Positions 50,063 to 59,982 of a DNA stretch of 64,000 nucleotides are shown in pieces. The notes under the pieces were generated by a model that worked only from the letters and a program-made list of their open reading frames with translations, was not told the origin of the DNA and did not search any database. The stretch is taken from assembly GCA_036444275.1 (NCBI GenBank), contig JAZGAD010000014.1, positions 20,070 to 84,069 of the forward strand, given 5' to 3'. Position 1 is the stretch's first letter; every line of letters starts with the position of its first letter. The translations under genes were made by a program, and so were the position numbers. The DNA comes from Candidatus Hydrothermarchaeales archaeon (GTDB lineage Archaea; Hydrothermarchaeota; Hydrothermarchaeia; Hydrothermarchaeales; JAZGAD01).

Positions 50063-51199
50063 GTGAAGGGTATGGGAGAATTCAAGAAATATGCGGCTAT
50101 AGCGTTGTTGAGCAGCATCATCACAGGGCTTATACTCTTAGGCGGGGTCACGATATATGTAGACAGAGCTATCTCTAATCTTCCTCCCTCGACCGTCACC
50201 ACGTTGGTGGTGAATGAGACCACTGGTAAAGAGGGCTTGGTAACTGCTATCTTTGAGGACGTCAAGGACTCTGTAGTCTTCATCACATCTCGATCTTTGG
50301 AGAGAGATATGTTCAGACGCCTCAGACCCGTAGAAGGTGCAGGCTCGGGTCTTATAATAAGCAGCGACGGTTACATCGTTACCAATGATCACGTTGTAGA
50401 GAATACAGAAGAGCTTACTGTTACACTCTCCAATGGAGAAGAAGTCGAAGCCGAGTTGATAGGTGCAGATCCCAGCTCTGATATCGCAGTTATAAAGATC
50501 GATGTAGCCTTTAAGTTGAAGGCGGCAAAGCTGGGAAGCTCTAGCACGCTAAAGCCTGGCCAACTCGCTATCGCTATAGGAAACCCCTATAGACTAGAGA
50601 ATTCTGTGACCGTTGGAGTAATAAGCGCTTTGAATAGGAGCCTGGAAGCTAAGAACGGCTTCTTGATACAGGGTATAATCCAGACAGATGCAGCGATTAA
50701 TCCAGGTAACAGTGGTGGCCCACTGCTGAATTCTAGGGGGGAGGTAATAGGGATTAACACAGCCATCATCTCGACTACAGAGGGCTTCCAGGGAATAGGC
50801 TTCGCTGTACCTATTAGCACTGCCAAAAGGATATCCCAAGAGCTTATAGAGCGTGGAAAGGTGAGTTACCCATGGCTAGGCATAACGGGTACGTCTCTGA
50901 CACCTGAGATGGCTGAAGAATTTGGAACCAGCATCAAAGAGGGTGTTTTAATAATCGAGGCCATACCAGATAGTCCAGCAGATAAAGCCGGGCTCAGGGG
51001 CACAGTAGAGAAAGCTGGTGAAGAAGGCTTCATCTTGGGGGATATAATCATAGAGATGGACGGCGAGAAGTTAGAAGATATAGAGGAGCTGGTAGATGTC
51101 ATCCTAGCTCATAGAGTAGATGAGACTGTGGAAGTGAAATACATACGGGAAGAGGAAGAGAAAACTACTCAAGTTACATTGGGTGAGCGCCCAACCTAA
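50063..51199 (+). CDS. htrA: Membrane-anchored HtrA/DegP-like serine protease with PDZ domain
   Basis: TNDHVV, DIAVIKI and QTDAAINPGNSGGPL triad; C-terminal PDZ (SPADKAGL). Confidence 0.92.
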   Translation: MKGMGEFKKYAAIALLSSIITGLILLGGVTIYVDRAISNLPPSTVTTLVVNETTGKEGLVTAIFEDVKDSVVFITSRSLERDMFRRLRPVEGAGSGLIISSDGYIVTNDHVVENTEELTVTLSNGEEVEAELIGADPSSDIAVIKIDVAFKLKAAKLGSSSTLKPGQLAIAIGNPYRLENSVTVGVISALNRSLEAKNGFLIQGIIQTDAAINPGNSGGPLLNSRGEVIGINTAIISTTEGFQGIGFAVPISTAKRISQELIERGKVSYPWLGITGTSLTPEMAEEFGTSIKEGVLIIEAIPDSPADKAGLRGTVEKAGEEGFILGDIIIEMDGEKLEDIEELVDVILAHRVDETVEVKYIREEEEKTTQVTLGERPT

Positions 51200-51200
51200 A

Positions 51201-51821
51201 TTAGAATCTTACCTTCAACCTGCTGAGGAACTCATGCGTCCTGGTGTGGCTTTCGCATGCTAGAAAGTCCCTTAGGTCCTCAGGGGTATCTATGTCCAGT
51301 GATAGGGAGAAAGAATCGTAGACAAACATCTCCACACCCTTATTTTCGGCTTCTCTTTTATGGTCCAAAAAACTCGTCTTGGTAAATCTGCCCCTCATTA
51401 CATCTGGAGGCCTCCTGAAAAGGATTCCAGTGCCCTCCCGTCTCGAAGGTGAGATCACAACTTGATGTTCTTTTCCCAGATGTAGAATATCAATAATATG
51501 CCTTTCTTCTAGCAGTGGTGTATCAACTGGGATGAAGAGGGTTGCGTCTGCCCCCCTTGCCATTGCGTGCTTATTTCCGAGTCTCACAGCATTATTCAAG
51601 CCTCTCCCTTCCTCCACAATTAATTCAAAGTCATAACCCTCTAGCATCTGCCTTAGCTCTTTAGGACCGACTAGCACTATATCATCCACACTGCTAAGAG
51701 AATCTAGAACATCCTTCAACATGCAGATAACTAGTTCTTCCCTCTCTTTTTCCGAGAGTTCTCCAGCAAGCCGGGTTTTCTGGCTGCTGAGCTTTACAGG
51801 CAAGATCGCTATGACACGCAT
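51201..51821 (-). CDS. cofC: 2-phospho-L-lactate/PEP guanylyltransferase (F420 biosynthesis)
   Basis: ILPVK...KTRL...LS..ER, GLNNAV and LDIDTPEDL; near cofG/cofH. Confidence 0.88.
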   Translation of the reverse strand: MRVIAILPVKLSSQKTRLAGELSEKEREELVICMLKDVLDSLSSVDDIVLVGPKELRQMLEGYDFELIVEEGRGLNNAVRLGNKHAMARGADATLFIPVDTPLLEERHIIDILHLGKEHQVVISPSRREGTGILFRRPPDVMRGRFTKTSFLDHKREAENKGVEMFVYDSFSLSLDIDTPEDLRDFLACESHTRTHEFLSRLKVRF

Positions 51822-51861
51822 CTAAAAAACTATTAATACGTTAGATATTAAAGCTTGGACC

Positions 51862-52530
51862 ATGATCGTCAGCGAAGAAAAAGCCCTAAAGGATATCCTA
51901 GAGATTCTCACGCCCTACACCGATGTTGCAATCGTGGGCTGCTCAGGTTGCTATGGAGTGGGTATGCTGAAAAACGTAGAGCGGCTAGCTGACAAACTCG
52001 AAGCCGCGGGGAAAAGGATAGTAGCAAAAGGCGCAACTGGTAGGCAGTGCTCCTGGTTCTGGAAGCCAGTGGAAGTTGGTCTAGATTTGGTTGCACAGAA
52101 TACGAAGGGCATAGAGGCAGGGGAATTAGAAAAAGCAGAAGCCATTCTATCTCTGGCCTGCGGCGTTGGAGTGCAGACCTTGGCAAAGGCAGCAGATTCC
52201 AAGTTTGTGGTACCTGCAACGGATACCAAGTTCATGGGTAGGCGTGAAGAAGCTATGTTCTATGAGCAGTGCATGGCCTGTGGCAATTGCATCCTGCATT
52301 CGACTGGAGGTATATGTCCAGTGACACGTTGCCCTAAGGCACATATGAATGGTCCCTGTGGCGGTGTATATAACGGTAAATGCGAGGTGAACAGGGAGAA
52401 CGACTGCGCATGGGTCCTCATCTATGATCGGCTTTCGTCTATGGGTAAGGTAGAGCTGATGAAGGACAAAAAATCCCCGAAGGACTTTTCCTTGAGGACT
52501 CATCCAAGGCGGACTGAGGCTGAAGCATGA
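51862..52530 (+). CDS. metV: Methylene-tetrahydrofolate reductase small Fe-S/Zn subunit (MTHFR C-terminal-like, MetV)
   Basis: LACGVGVQ and CMACGNC..GGICPVTRCPKAHMNGPCGG...CEV...CAW; overlaps metF by 4 bp. Confidence 0.85.
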   Translation: MIVSEEKALKDILEILTPYTDVAIVGCSGCYGVGMLKNVERLADKLEAAGKRIVAKGATGRQCSWFWKPVEVGLDLVAQNTKGIEAGELEKAEAILSLACGVGVQTLAKAADSKFVVPATDTKFMGRREEAMFYEQCMACGNCILHSTGGICPVTRCPKAHMNGPCGGVYNGKCEVNRENDCAWVLIYDRLSSMGKVELMKDKKSPKDFSLRTHPRRTEAEA

Positions 52531-53411
52531 GTTTTAGCAACCTGATGGACTCCTTGGAGTCTAAGAAATTCACTATCAGCGGTGAAGTGGACCCTTCGAA
52601 GGGGGCTAACAGGGAAACCATAATCCATCAAGCCGAATTATTGAAGGACCATGTTGTTGCTGCCAATGTAACTGATAATCCCTTGGGTATAGTGATAATG
52701 AATACCCTGGCGGCCTGTCACATAATCCAGAACGAGGTTGGCCTGGAAGCAGTGTACCAGGTAACATGCAGGGACAGGAACAGGATAGGTATACAGTCAG
52801 ACCTCTTAGGTGCTGCCGCCTTAGGGATGCACAATGTCCTAGCTTTGACAGGAGACCATCCCCGCTTAGGTGACCATCCCCAAGCCAAGCCTGTCTTTGA
52901 TCTTGACTCCGTTCAACTAGTAGCCCTGATAAGGAAGATGGTAGGCGAGAAGGAGGATATGGTAGGAAACGACCTCGACGTTGCACCTGAGATGCACATA
53001 GGGGTTGCGTTAAGCCCTGGAATAACACCCTTGGAACCAGAGATAATCAAGTTCGAGAAAAAGGTGGACGCAGGTGCAGAGTTTGCCCAGACGCAGGTGG
53101 TTTATGATACATCTGTGCTTGAAAGGCTCAAGGATGCTATCTCCCATCTCGATATCCCTGTACTGGTTGGCATCGCACCCCTCAAATCACTGGGCATGGC
53201 CAAGTTCATGGCAAAGAACGTACCAGGCGTAGTCGTGCCAACTGAGGTAATGAATAAACTAGAGGGAGCCGAGGACATAAAGGAGGCCACAATCGAGATA
53301 ACTGCTCAATTGCTGAAAGATATAAAGGAGCTGGGCTTCGCCGGTGCCCATATCATGCCTGTTGGTATGGACTGGGCTGTGGGAGAGATAATAAGAAGAG
53401 CAGGATTATGA
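52527..53411 (+). CDS. metF: Methylenetetrahydrofolate reductase
   Basis: NVTDNP, TCRDRNRIGIQSDLLGA, LALTGDH, KKVDAGAEFAQTQ and GAHIM. Confidence 0.9.
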   Translation: MSFSNLMDSLESKKFTISGEVDPSKGANRETIIHQAELLKDHVVAANVTDNPLGIVIMNTLAACHIIQNEVGLEAVYQVTCRDRNRIGIQSDLLGAAALGMHNVLALTGDHPRLGDHPQAKPVFDLDSVQLVALIRKMVGEKEDMVGNDLDVAPEMHIGVALSPGITPLEPEIIKFEKKVDAGAEFAQTQVVYDTSVLERLKDAISHLDIPVLVGIAPLKSLGMAKFMAKNVPGVVVPTEVMNKLEGAEDIKEATIEITAQLLKDIKELGFAGAHIMPVGMDWAVGEIIRRAGL

Positions 53412-53473
53412 TTGATGCCTAGGAATCCAAAGATTACCCAGGGAATTACATAAATGATGATGGAGAGTAGGGA

Positions 53474-54562
53474 GTGAGAGCGAAAGAGATATCCCTAGAA
53501 CTCCTAGAACAGCCGGAGGCGCAATTTTCAGAGATTATATCAATGGCTTTACCTCGTAGGGTGACTTATTCTAAGAATGTCTTCATACCTCTCACTAATG
53601 CATGTAGGAATAGATGCAGCTACTGCGGCTTCAGGTCTGACAAGCCCATGATAATGAGCAGGCGCCAGGTGAAAGATGTACTGACGTCCGGGAGGAAGGA
53701 AGGCTGCAAGGAAGCGTTGTTCACCTTCGGTGAGAAGCCGGAGAGTGTAAAGGAGATAAAAACGAAACTAAAATCCTGGGGTTATTCCTCGGCTATAGAA
53801 TACCTTTACGATCTTTGTGAGGATGCCCTAGCGCTAGGACTTCTGCCTCACTCGAATCCAGGGGTGATGAACTACGGGGAGATGAAGGCTTTGAAAGAGG
53901 TAAATGCAAGCCTCGGATTGATGCTGGAGAACTCGAGTGCTAGGCTGTGCCAAGAGGGCATGCCCCATGAATTCAGCCCTGGCAAGCGCCCTGAAGTAAG
54001 GATTAAAGTTCTGGAGGATGCTGGAAAACTGAGGATTCCCTTCACTACAGGCCTGCTTATAGGCATAGGGGAGACCGACAGCGAGATAGCCGACTCCCTA
54101 TCGACACTAAGCAATCTCCAAGAGAAACATGGTCATACCCAGGAGGTTATTATCCAGAATTTCAGACCTCACAGGGGAACCCCGATGCAGGATAAACAGG
54201 GGCCGTCTCTCTTAAGAATGCTTAAGGTGGTTGCAGCTGCTAGAGCAGTCCTACCCGATATAGGCCTCCAGGTGCCCCCGAATCTTAACCGCATGTGGCA
54301 GGTTTTCCTCTTATTCGGTGCCAACGACCTTGGAGGAGTATCCCCTGTTACAAAGGATTATATAAACCCTGAGTACGATTGGCCTAAGATTGAAGCTGTA
54401 AAAGCAGTGGCAGCAGAGATGGGAGTATCTTTAAAAGAGAGACTACCTATATACCCGAAATATATTAGGCAAGGATGGTATGCAACTAGGCTGGGAGAAC
54501 TCATAGAGCGTTACGCAGACGAAGAGGGATTAGTACATGAGGTTAGTGAAGGCCTCTCTTGA
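53474..54562 (+). CDS. cofG: FO synthase subunit 1 (radical SAM)
   Basis: VTYSKNVFIPLTNACRNRCSYCGF, PFTTGLLIGIGE, QVPPNL and DLGGVSPVT.DYINPE. Confidence 0.93.
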   Translation: MRAKEISLELLEQPEAQFSEIISMALPRRVTYSKNVFIPLTNACRNRCSYCGFRSDKPMIMSRRQVKDVLTSGRKEGCKEALFTFGEKPESVKEIKTKLKSWGYSSAIEYLYDLCEDALALGLLPHSNPGVMNYGEMKALKEVNASLGLMLENSSARLCQEGMPHEFSPGKRPEVRIKVLEDAGKLRIPFTTGLLIGIGETDSEIADSLSTLSNLQEKHGHTQEVIIQNFRPHRGTPMQDKQGPSLLRMLKVVAAARAVLPDIGLQVPPNLNRMWQVFLLFGANDLGGVSPVTKDYINPEYDWPKIEAVKAVAAEMGVSLKERLPIYPKYIRQGWYATRLGELIERYADEEGLVHEVSEGLS

Positions 54563-55637
54563 CATCGACGGGATCCTAGAAAAAGCCCTAGATGGTCAGA
54601 GGATAAGTGAAGAGGAAGGACTGCTCCTGCTTAAGGCTAGAGGAGATGATCTCCTAGCTGTAGCCCTGGCAGCTGATAGGCTAAGGAAGGAGAGGGCAGG
54701 GGATGAAGTGACCTATGTAGTGAATAGAAACATCAACTTTACCAACATCTGCATAGGCAAATGCAGGTTCTGTGCATTCAGGAGAGAAAGTAACGACGAT
54801 GACGCTTATTTCATGGACATACCTCAAGTCGCAGCTAGAGCGCGAGAAGCCAAGGATATGGGAGCAACAGAGGTATGCATACAGGGTGGGCTGCATCCGG
54901 ATGTGGATGTCGAGTTCTATGCTGGTTTGCTGAACGCTATAAAAGAAAATGGAAATTCGCTACATACCCATGCGTATTCCCCGATGGAAATCTATTACGC
55001 CGCTAGACAGAGCGGAATAAGCATAAGAGAAACACTAGAATACTTGAAGAAGAACGGCTTGGACTCGATACCGGGTACCGCGGCAGAGATTCTTGACGAT
55101 GCGGTGAGAGAAACTATCTGTCCCGGAAAAATCAGCAGTGGGAAGTGGGTGGATATAGTGAGAGAAGCCCATATGCTCGGGATACCAACGACTGCTACCA
55201 TGCTCTATGGGCATGTCGAGTCTCCTGAAGAGAGAATGAGGCACTTGGCTATCCTTAGGGATCTACAGGACGAGACCAATGGCTTCACTGAATTCGTACC
55301 CCTTTCCTTCGTGCACTTCAATACTCCTTTGTTCCATTCAGGGCTTGCAAAGTCTGGCGCCACTGGCATAGAGGATTTGCTTGTCTGCGCCGTCTCCAGG
55401 ATCTTCTTGGACAACTTCAGGAACATTCAGGCCTCTTGGATAAAGTTGGGTAGGAAGTTCGCCCAGGTGATGCTAAACTTCGGTGCCAATGATCTAGGGG
55501 GCACCCTCATGGAGGAGAATATCTCCAGGGCAGCAGGCATACGTGTCGAAATGGCTACCCCTGAGGAGCTGCAAAGGATGATTTTGGATGCAGGTAGGGA
55601 GCCTGTTCAGAGGGATACTCTCTACAACGCTATTTGA
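54537..55637 (+). CDS. cofH: FO synthase subunit 2 (radical SAM)
   Basis: VTYVVNRNINFTNICIGKCRFCAF, PGTAAEIL, IQASWIKLG and GGTLMEENISRAAG. Confidence 0.92.
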   Translation: MRLVKASLDIDGILEKALDGQRISEEEGLLLLKARGDDLLAVALAADRLRKERAGDEVTYVVNRNINFTNICIGKCRFCAFRRESNDDDAYFMDIPQVAARAREAKDMGATEVCIQGGLHPDVDVEFYAGLLNAIKENGNSLHTHAYSPMEIYYAARQSGISIRETLEYLKKNGLDSIPGTAAEILDDAVRETICPGKISSGKWVDIVREAHMLGIPTTATMLYGHVESPEERMRHLAILRDLQDETNGFTEFVPLSFVHFNTPLFHSGLAKSGATGIEDLLVCAVSRIFLDNFRNIQASWIKLGRKFAQVMLNFGANDLGGTLMEENISRAAGIRVEMATPEELQRMILDAGREPVQRDTLYNAI

Positions 55638-55666
55638 AAAAAGAAAATAATTATCACAAATACTAC

Positions 55667-56173
55667 TCAGTCTTCTGACCACACCTTTCTGGCTATTCCA
55701 ACTTCCAGGCCTTCTCCCAGGACCTCAGCCACAACCGTTACATCTGGGTCATCGAGATCCACTTTGGGCTTCTTCTTGAACTTGTTTTTCAGCGCATCAT
55801 GGATAACGCCGCCGACTTCATATTCCACTTCTGGCGTGTCTTTTTCTAGACCATGGGTGCCTCGCTTATGGAGTCTGAAACAGAAGCTCTCATCTTTCTT
55901 TATGTACTCAAGAGCAACCCTAAGGGCCAGCTCCTCTAGTGCCTTTAGATTACTCTCCCCCTCTTCCAATATCGGCACGGCTCTGGCTATCTCATAGGGG
56001 CATTCCCTTGTAACCATCTCGGCTAATTCCAGTGCATCTCCTTCAGCTTCGACATGGAGCACGGCTCTGAATTCAGTGGGCTTTATGACTACCTCTTCCA
56101 CAACGTCTCTAAGGCAGAGTTTTGCCTGGGACTCTCCGTAGAGGTTCCTACATGTGACCAATAGTTTTGCCAT
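55667..56173 (-). CDS. THUMP-domain RNA-binding protein
   Basis: SFCFRLHKRG...EVGGVI...KVDLDDPDVTVVAEVLG. Confidence 0.8.
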   Translation of the reverse strand: MAKLLVTCRNLYGESQAKLCLRDVVEEVVIKPTEFRAVLHVEAEGDALELAEMVTRECPYEIARAVPILEEGESNLKALEELALRVALEYIKKDESFCFRLHKRGTHGLEKDTPEVEYEVGGVIHDALKNKFKKKPKVDLDDPDVTVVAEVLGEGLEVGIARKVWSED

Positions 56174-56238
56174 CGCAATCCTACTATTATCTAAAAAAGA
56201 TTAAAAAGGGTACTCCTCTACCTTGAACTAGGATTCAT

Positions 56239-57039
56239 ATGAAAATAGGAGTAGCTAAGACAGGTAACATAGCATCTTCCCTACTGCTGGAACTCCTCTT
56301 GGATGAAAGAGCAGATAGAGCGGAGTTAGAGGTCAGGGTAGTGGGCAGCGGAGCGAAGATGACGCCCGAGGCATGTAGAGGTGTCTTACAGGAGATTCTG
56401 AGAGAGCGCTATGACCTCATCTTATACTCTACGCCAAACCCAGGTGCCCCTGGCCCCCAAGAAATTATCCAGGGTCTAAAGGGTAAGAGGGCGGTAATAA
56501 TAGGGGATGCTCCAGGACTGAAAATCAAGGACAAACTAGAAGAGAAGGGTTTTGGATACGTTTTCGTCACCGGGGATGCTATGATCGGGGCGAGAAGGGA
56601 ATTTTTGGATCCCATAGAGATGAGTATCTTCAATGGGGACATGCTCAAGGTTTTAGCAGTCACCGGCGCTTTAAGAGCTTTACATGAGGCAGTTGACCAA
56701 GCAATAGGCTCAAAGAGCCTCCCCCATTTGGTGATTGACGCCTCTGTTGCATTGGCTCACTCAGGCATAAAGAATCCCTATGCACTGGCAAAGGCTAGGG
56801 CTGCCTATGAAATGGCCGAAAAGGTGGGAGAACTTAACGCTAAGGCATGTTTCTCCCTGAAGAAGCCCGAGGAATACATCCCGCTAGTAGCTGCAGCCCA
56901 CGAGATGTTGCGAAATGCTGCGCAGCTCGCTGATCAAGCCAGAGAGATTGAGAAGTCTTTGGACCAAGTAACGAGGAGGCCCCATTCTAGCAGCGGGGAT
57001 CTCCTAGAGAAGGACAAGCTGATGGAGAAACCTAAATAA
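56239..57039 (+). CDS. mtd: F420-dependent methylenetetrahydromethanopterin dehydrogenase
   Basis: KTGNIASS..ELLLDERADR, GSGAKMTPE, MIGARREFLDP.EM and NPYALAKA.AA. Confidence 0.93.
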   Translation: MKIGVAKTGNIASSLLLELLLDERADRAELEVRVVGSGAKMTPEACRGVLQEILRERYDLILYSTPNPGAPGPQEIIQGLKGKRAVIIGDAPGLKIKDKLEEKGFGYVFVTGDAMIGARREFLDPIEMSIFNGDMLKVLAVTGALRALHEAVDQAIGSKSLPHLVIDASVALAHSGIKNPYALAKARAAYEMAEKVGELNAKACFSLKKPEEYIPLVAAAHEMLRNAAQLADQAREIEKSLDQVTRRPHSSSGDLLEKDKLMEKPK

Positions 57040-57042
57040 GGG

Positions 57043-57324
57043 TCATCTTAGCGCGCGCTTGATTATATCTCGTCCCTCTGGCTGGAGTACTGCGTAGGAT
57101 TCCCTCTTGACCTCCTCCGCAATGTCCTCTATGCTTTTCCCTGGGTCAAGGAATACCACTGCATAACTCGAGGTATCCGCGATGTTAAAGATGGCCACCT
57201 TCTCATCTCCTTTTATTTCCCTTCCCTCGTAGGCGATTTTGAAGTTGACGTAGGGTGCTATATCTTCTGGCACTTTATTTATGTCCTTGATGTCTAGGAA
57301 TGCTGCTACGAACTTCTTGTCCAT
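57043..57324 (-). CDS. DUF749-like conserved archaeal protein
   Basis: PYVNFK...REIK.DEKVAIFNI..TSSY.V.FLD..KSIE pattern, recalled from methanogen DUF749 proteins. Confidence 0.65.
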   Translation of the reverse strand: MDKKFVAAFLDIKDINKVPEDIAPYVNFKIAYEGREIKGDEKVAIFNIADTSSYAVVFLDPGKSIEDIAEEVKRESYAVLQPEGRDIIKRALR

Positions 57325-57412
57325 TATTCCATATTACTCCCAGCCCAGACAGGCATAGGCATATGTTAAAAATAAGAAAGTTATTTATTAAAATAGTTCC
57401 CATGGTAAGGCG

Positions 57413-58960
57413 ATGAAAAAATTCTTAATCATATTCTTAATCTCTCTAGCCCTACTACCGGGCGTAGAAGCACAGCTATATGTCTCGCGGTACAATGTGA
57501 CCTACCAGCTAGGGGAGGAAAACTATCAGGTAGTGGAGATCCTTAAACTCAAGAACGGCGGGAGCCCATTTGTCTTCCCGGAGGCGCTGGAGTTTGTGCG
57601 TGGCGATGCCAGTGATGCAGAAGCATATTCAAGCTTAACTGGGACCTCTTTCAGCGCCGATTATGTGTATCCAAGTAAAGTGACGGTGGACCTCAAGAAA
57701 GTGGTGATTCTGAAGCGCATGGAAGTCGGACTAAAGTACCTGAGGAAAGAGGGACTTTCCAGTGAAGACAAGATAAATGTGTTCATGTTTTCAGATATAG
57801 GGAAGTACCCCTGGGGGACAATCAAGGACTGCATCGATCACTATAATGAGTGCCAGTACGAGGCTAATATAACGATAATAACCCCGGATGGGTACTACTT
57901 CGGCAACATCACTTCACCTGCAACCATCCAAAGGAGGGGTAAAAGCGAGTCCATAGTCTACCGCTTATCTTTGCTGAGGAATCTCACAATAGTGCCGTTT
58001 GGTTTCCCGGTGCGTGTAGAGTACGCTGACTACAGGGAGCTCACCTTAGGAAAAATCGCTTCTGCTAGTGCTCTGTTGAGCCAGGTATCCTTTGGCTTGA
58101 AAGAGGCGAATTCAAGCCTGGAGAACGCCGGAATTTACGAGGCAAATGTATCTAGAGCTTCAGACACTTATGTGGAGGCCTCCCAACTATATGAGCAAGC
58201 CTTAGAGGAACTGAAAGCTTCGGAACGATTCGTGGGCGCCCCAGAGAGAGACTACTACAACAGCTATCTCCATGGATCAGCGGCTAACGAACTTGCCGAG
58301 GAAGCCTATGTAAAGGCAAATGCGGTGAGAAACCTCGTGAGCTTCGAGATCCAAAGGGCTTTAGAGATGAGAGTCGCTGCTTTAGGGGCTAACTTGAGTG
58401 AGCAGTACATCCTCAGAGAGAACCTAACTAAGAGCCTCTCCGAGAACCTGACTCGGCTTCTGGAAATGAAGAAGGAACAAGCAGAACCGACGCAGATTAT
58501 TAGAGTAGAGGTACCGGAAGAGGGAATCAACTATTATGCCATCGCCTTCTTCCTCCTATTGGGGAGCATCGTAATATACGGGGTCGCAAACATGGTGCTG
58601 TACGTGAGGCGGACAGAGAGGAAGCACAGGGGTAAGGTGAAGGACTTTAGGGTAATCGGGGATCTAAAGAGGAAGACCTTCAAGGGATTCGAGCAGAAGG
58701 TGGATACTGTTAAGCAGGAGGTCGAGTTAGCGGCTGACATAAGGAAGCTGAAGAAGGAGCGGGAGAAATACGTTCTGGGAATAGATAACGTCAAAAAGAA
58801 GATGCGGATGGGGGATATCACCAAGCAGTCTTCTGATTCCCAGAGAAAGAAATTTGAGGAGCAGGTCAAGGAAACCGACGCCAAGATAGACGAGATTGAG
58901 AAGCAGCTGAAGGGGAAAAAAAAGCGAAGGACGGCAAATGAGAAAGGTAAAGCAGATTGA
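57413..58960 (+). CDS. Type-I membrane protein: signal peptide, extracellular beta and helical domains, TM, cytoplasmic helical hairpin
   Basis: MKKFLIIFLISLALLPGVEA signal; TM YYAIAFFLLLGSIVIYGVANMVLYV; charged coiled-coil tail. Confidence 0.8.
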   Translation: MKKFLIIFLISLALLPGVEAQLYVSRYNVTYQLGEENYQVVEILKLKNGGSPFVFPEALEFVRGDASDAEAYSSLTGTSFSADYVYPSKVTVDLKKVVILKRMEVGLKYLRKEGLSSEDKINVFMFSDIGKYPWGTIKDCIDHYNECQYEANITIITPDGYYFGNITSPATIQRRGKSESIVYRLSLLRNLTIVPFGFPVRVEYADYRELTLGKIASASALLSQVSFGLKEANSSLENAGIYEANVSRASDTYVEASQLYEQALEELKASERFVGAPERDYYNSYLHGSAANELAEEAYVKANAVRNLVSFEIQRALEMRVAALGANLSEQYILRENLTKSLSENLTRLLEMKKEQAEPTQIIRVEVPEEGINYYAIAFFLLLGSIVIYGVANMVLYVRRTERKHRGKVKDFRVIGDLKRKTFKGFEQKVDTVKQEVELAADIRKLKKEREKYVLGIDNVKKKMRMGDITKQSSDSQRKKFEEQVKETDAKIDEIEKQLKGKKKRRTANEKGKAD

Positions 58961-59864
58961 ACTAGAGGAGGGGATGAGTGCTGATGCTCTAGTCAGGGAA
59001 TACGAAAAGACTGGCGTACTCGGCGCTGGCAACGTGGGGCTGGCAGCTAATATCTTTGAGGAGATGTTATCCAAGAAGGCCAAGGTCTTCCTAGGTATTT
59101 CAGGTCCGTTAGTACCGTCTGGATTAAGGAACGTCATCACAGATCTCATCAAGTGTGGCTATGTCCATGTGGTAGTCACGTCAGGTGCCAACATAGTGCA
59201 TGATATGATCGAGGCCTTTCAAGGCAGTCATTACGTGGGTAGCTTTTCTGCTGACGACGAGGAGCTCAGGAGGAAGAAGATCGGCAGGATAGGCAACGTA
59301 TATGCCAAGCTCTCTGATTTCAAGGTATTTGAGAAGCGGACGCAGGAGATCTTAGCTTCTATACCAGAGAAGCGGAGAGGGAATCTATCCATAAAGGGTC
59401 TCTTAGAGGAGATAGGCAGCAGACTAGACGATGAAAACTCCTTTTTGAAAGCTGCGAGAGACAAGGGCGTACCGGTGTTCTCGCCAGCAATTATGGATTC
59501 CATGCTGGGCCTGCAGCTCTTCTTTTTCTCTCAGAAGCACCGATTGGTGCTGAATGCAGTGAAGGATATGAAGGACCTCACCGACGAGGTATTCGAGGCT
59601 GAGAAGACTGGTGCACTGCTCCTCGGTGGAGGGGTATCGAAGCACTACATAATGGTTGCGAATTCCCTACGGGGGGGCATGGACTACGGGATTCAGATAA
59701 CAATGGATAGGGAAGAAGCAGGAAGCCTCAGCGGTGCTAAGCTGGAGGAGGGCATCTCTTGGGGGAAGGTTAAAGGAAGGGAGAACGTAGTAACAGTGAT
59801 TGGGGATATCACAGTTCTATTACCCCTTCTCGTTGCCAGCGTAAAGGAGAGAGTTCCTTGCTGA
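58938..59864 (+). CDS. dys: Deoxyhypusine synthase
   Basis: SGPLVPSGLR, TSGANIVHD, RIGNV, GGGVSKH and GSLSGAKLEEGISWGK (active-site Lys). Confidence 0.9.
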   Translation: MRKVKQIELEEGMSADALVREYEKTGVLGAGNVGLAANIFEEMLSKKAKVFLGISGPLVPSGLRNVITDLIKCGYVHVVVTSGANIVHDMIEAFQGSHYVGSFSADDEELRRKKIGRIGNVYAKLSDFKVFEKRTQEILASIPEKRRGNLSIKGLLEEIGSRLDDENSFLKAARDKGVPVFSPAIMDSMLGLQLFFFSQKHRLVLNAVKDMKDLTDEVFEAEKTGALLLGGGVSKHYIMVANSLRGGMDYGIQITMDREEAGSLSGAKLEEGISWGKVKGRENVVTVIGDITVLLPLLVASVKERVPC

Positions 59865-59982
59865 TCCTACCTTTTATCGTTGACTTATGTTCGGATTCTC
59901 TGTCTGTAAGGATTCTAAGTTTAAATAGTATAGATGCTTTCTACTTTAGCAGAGACAGTATATTCGCTGGGAGGCACTGCAG

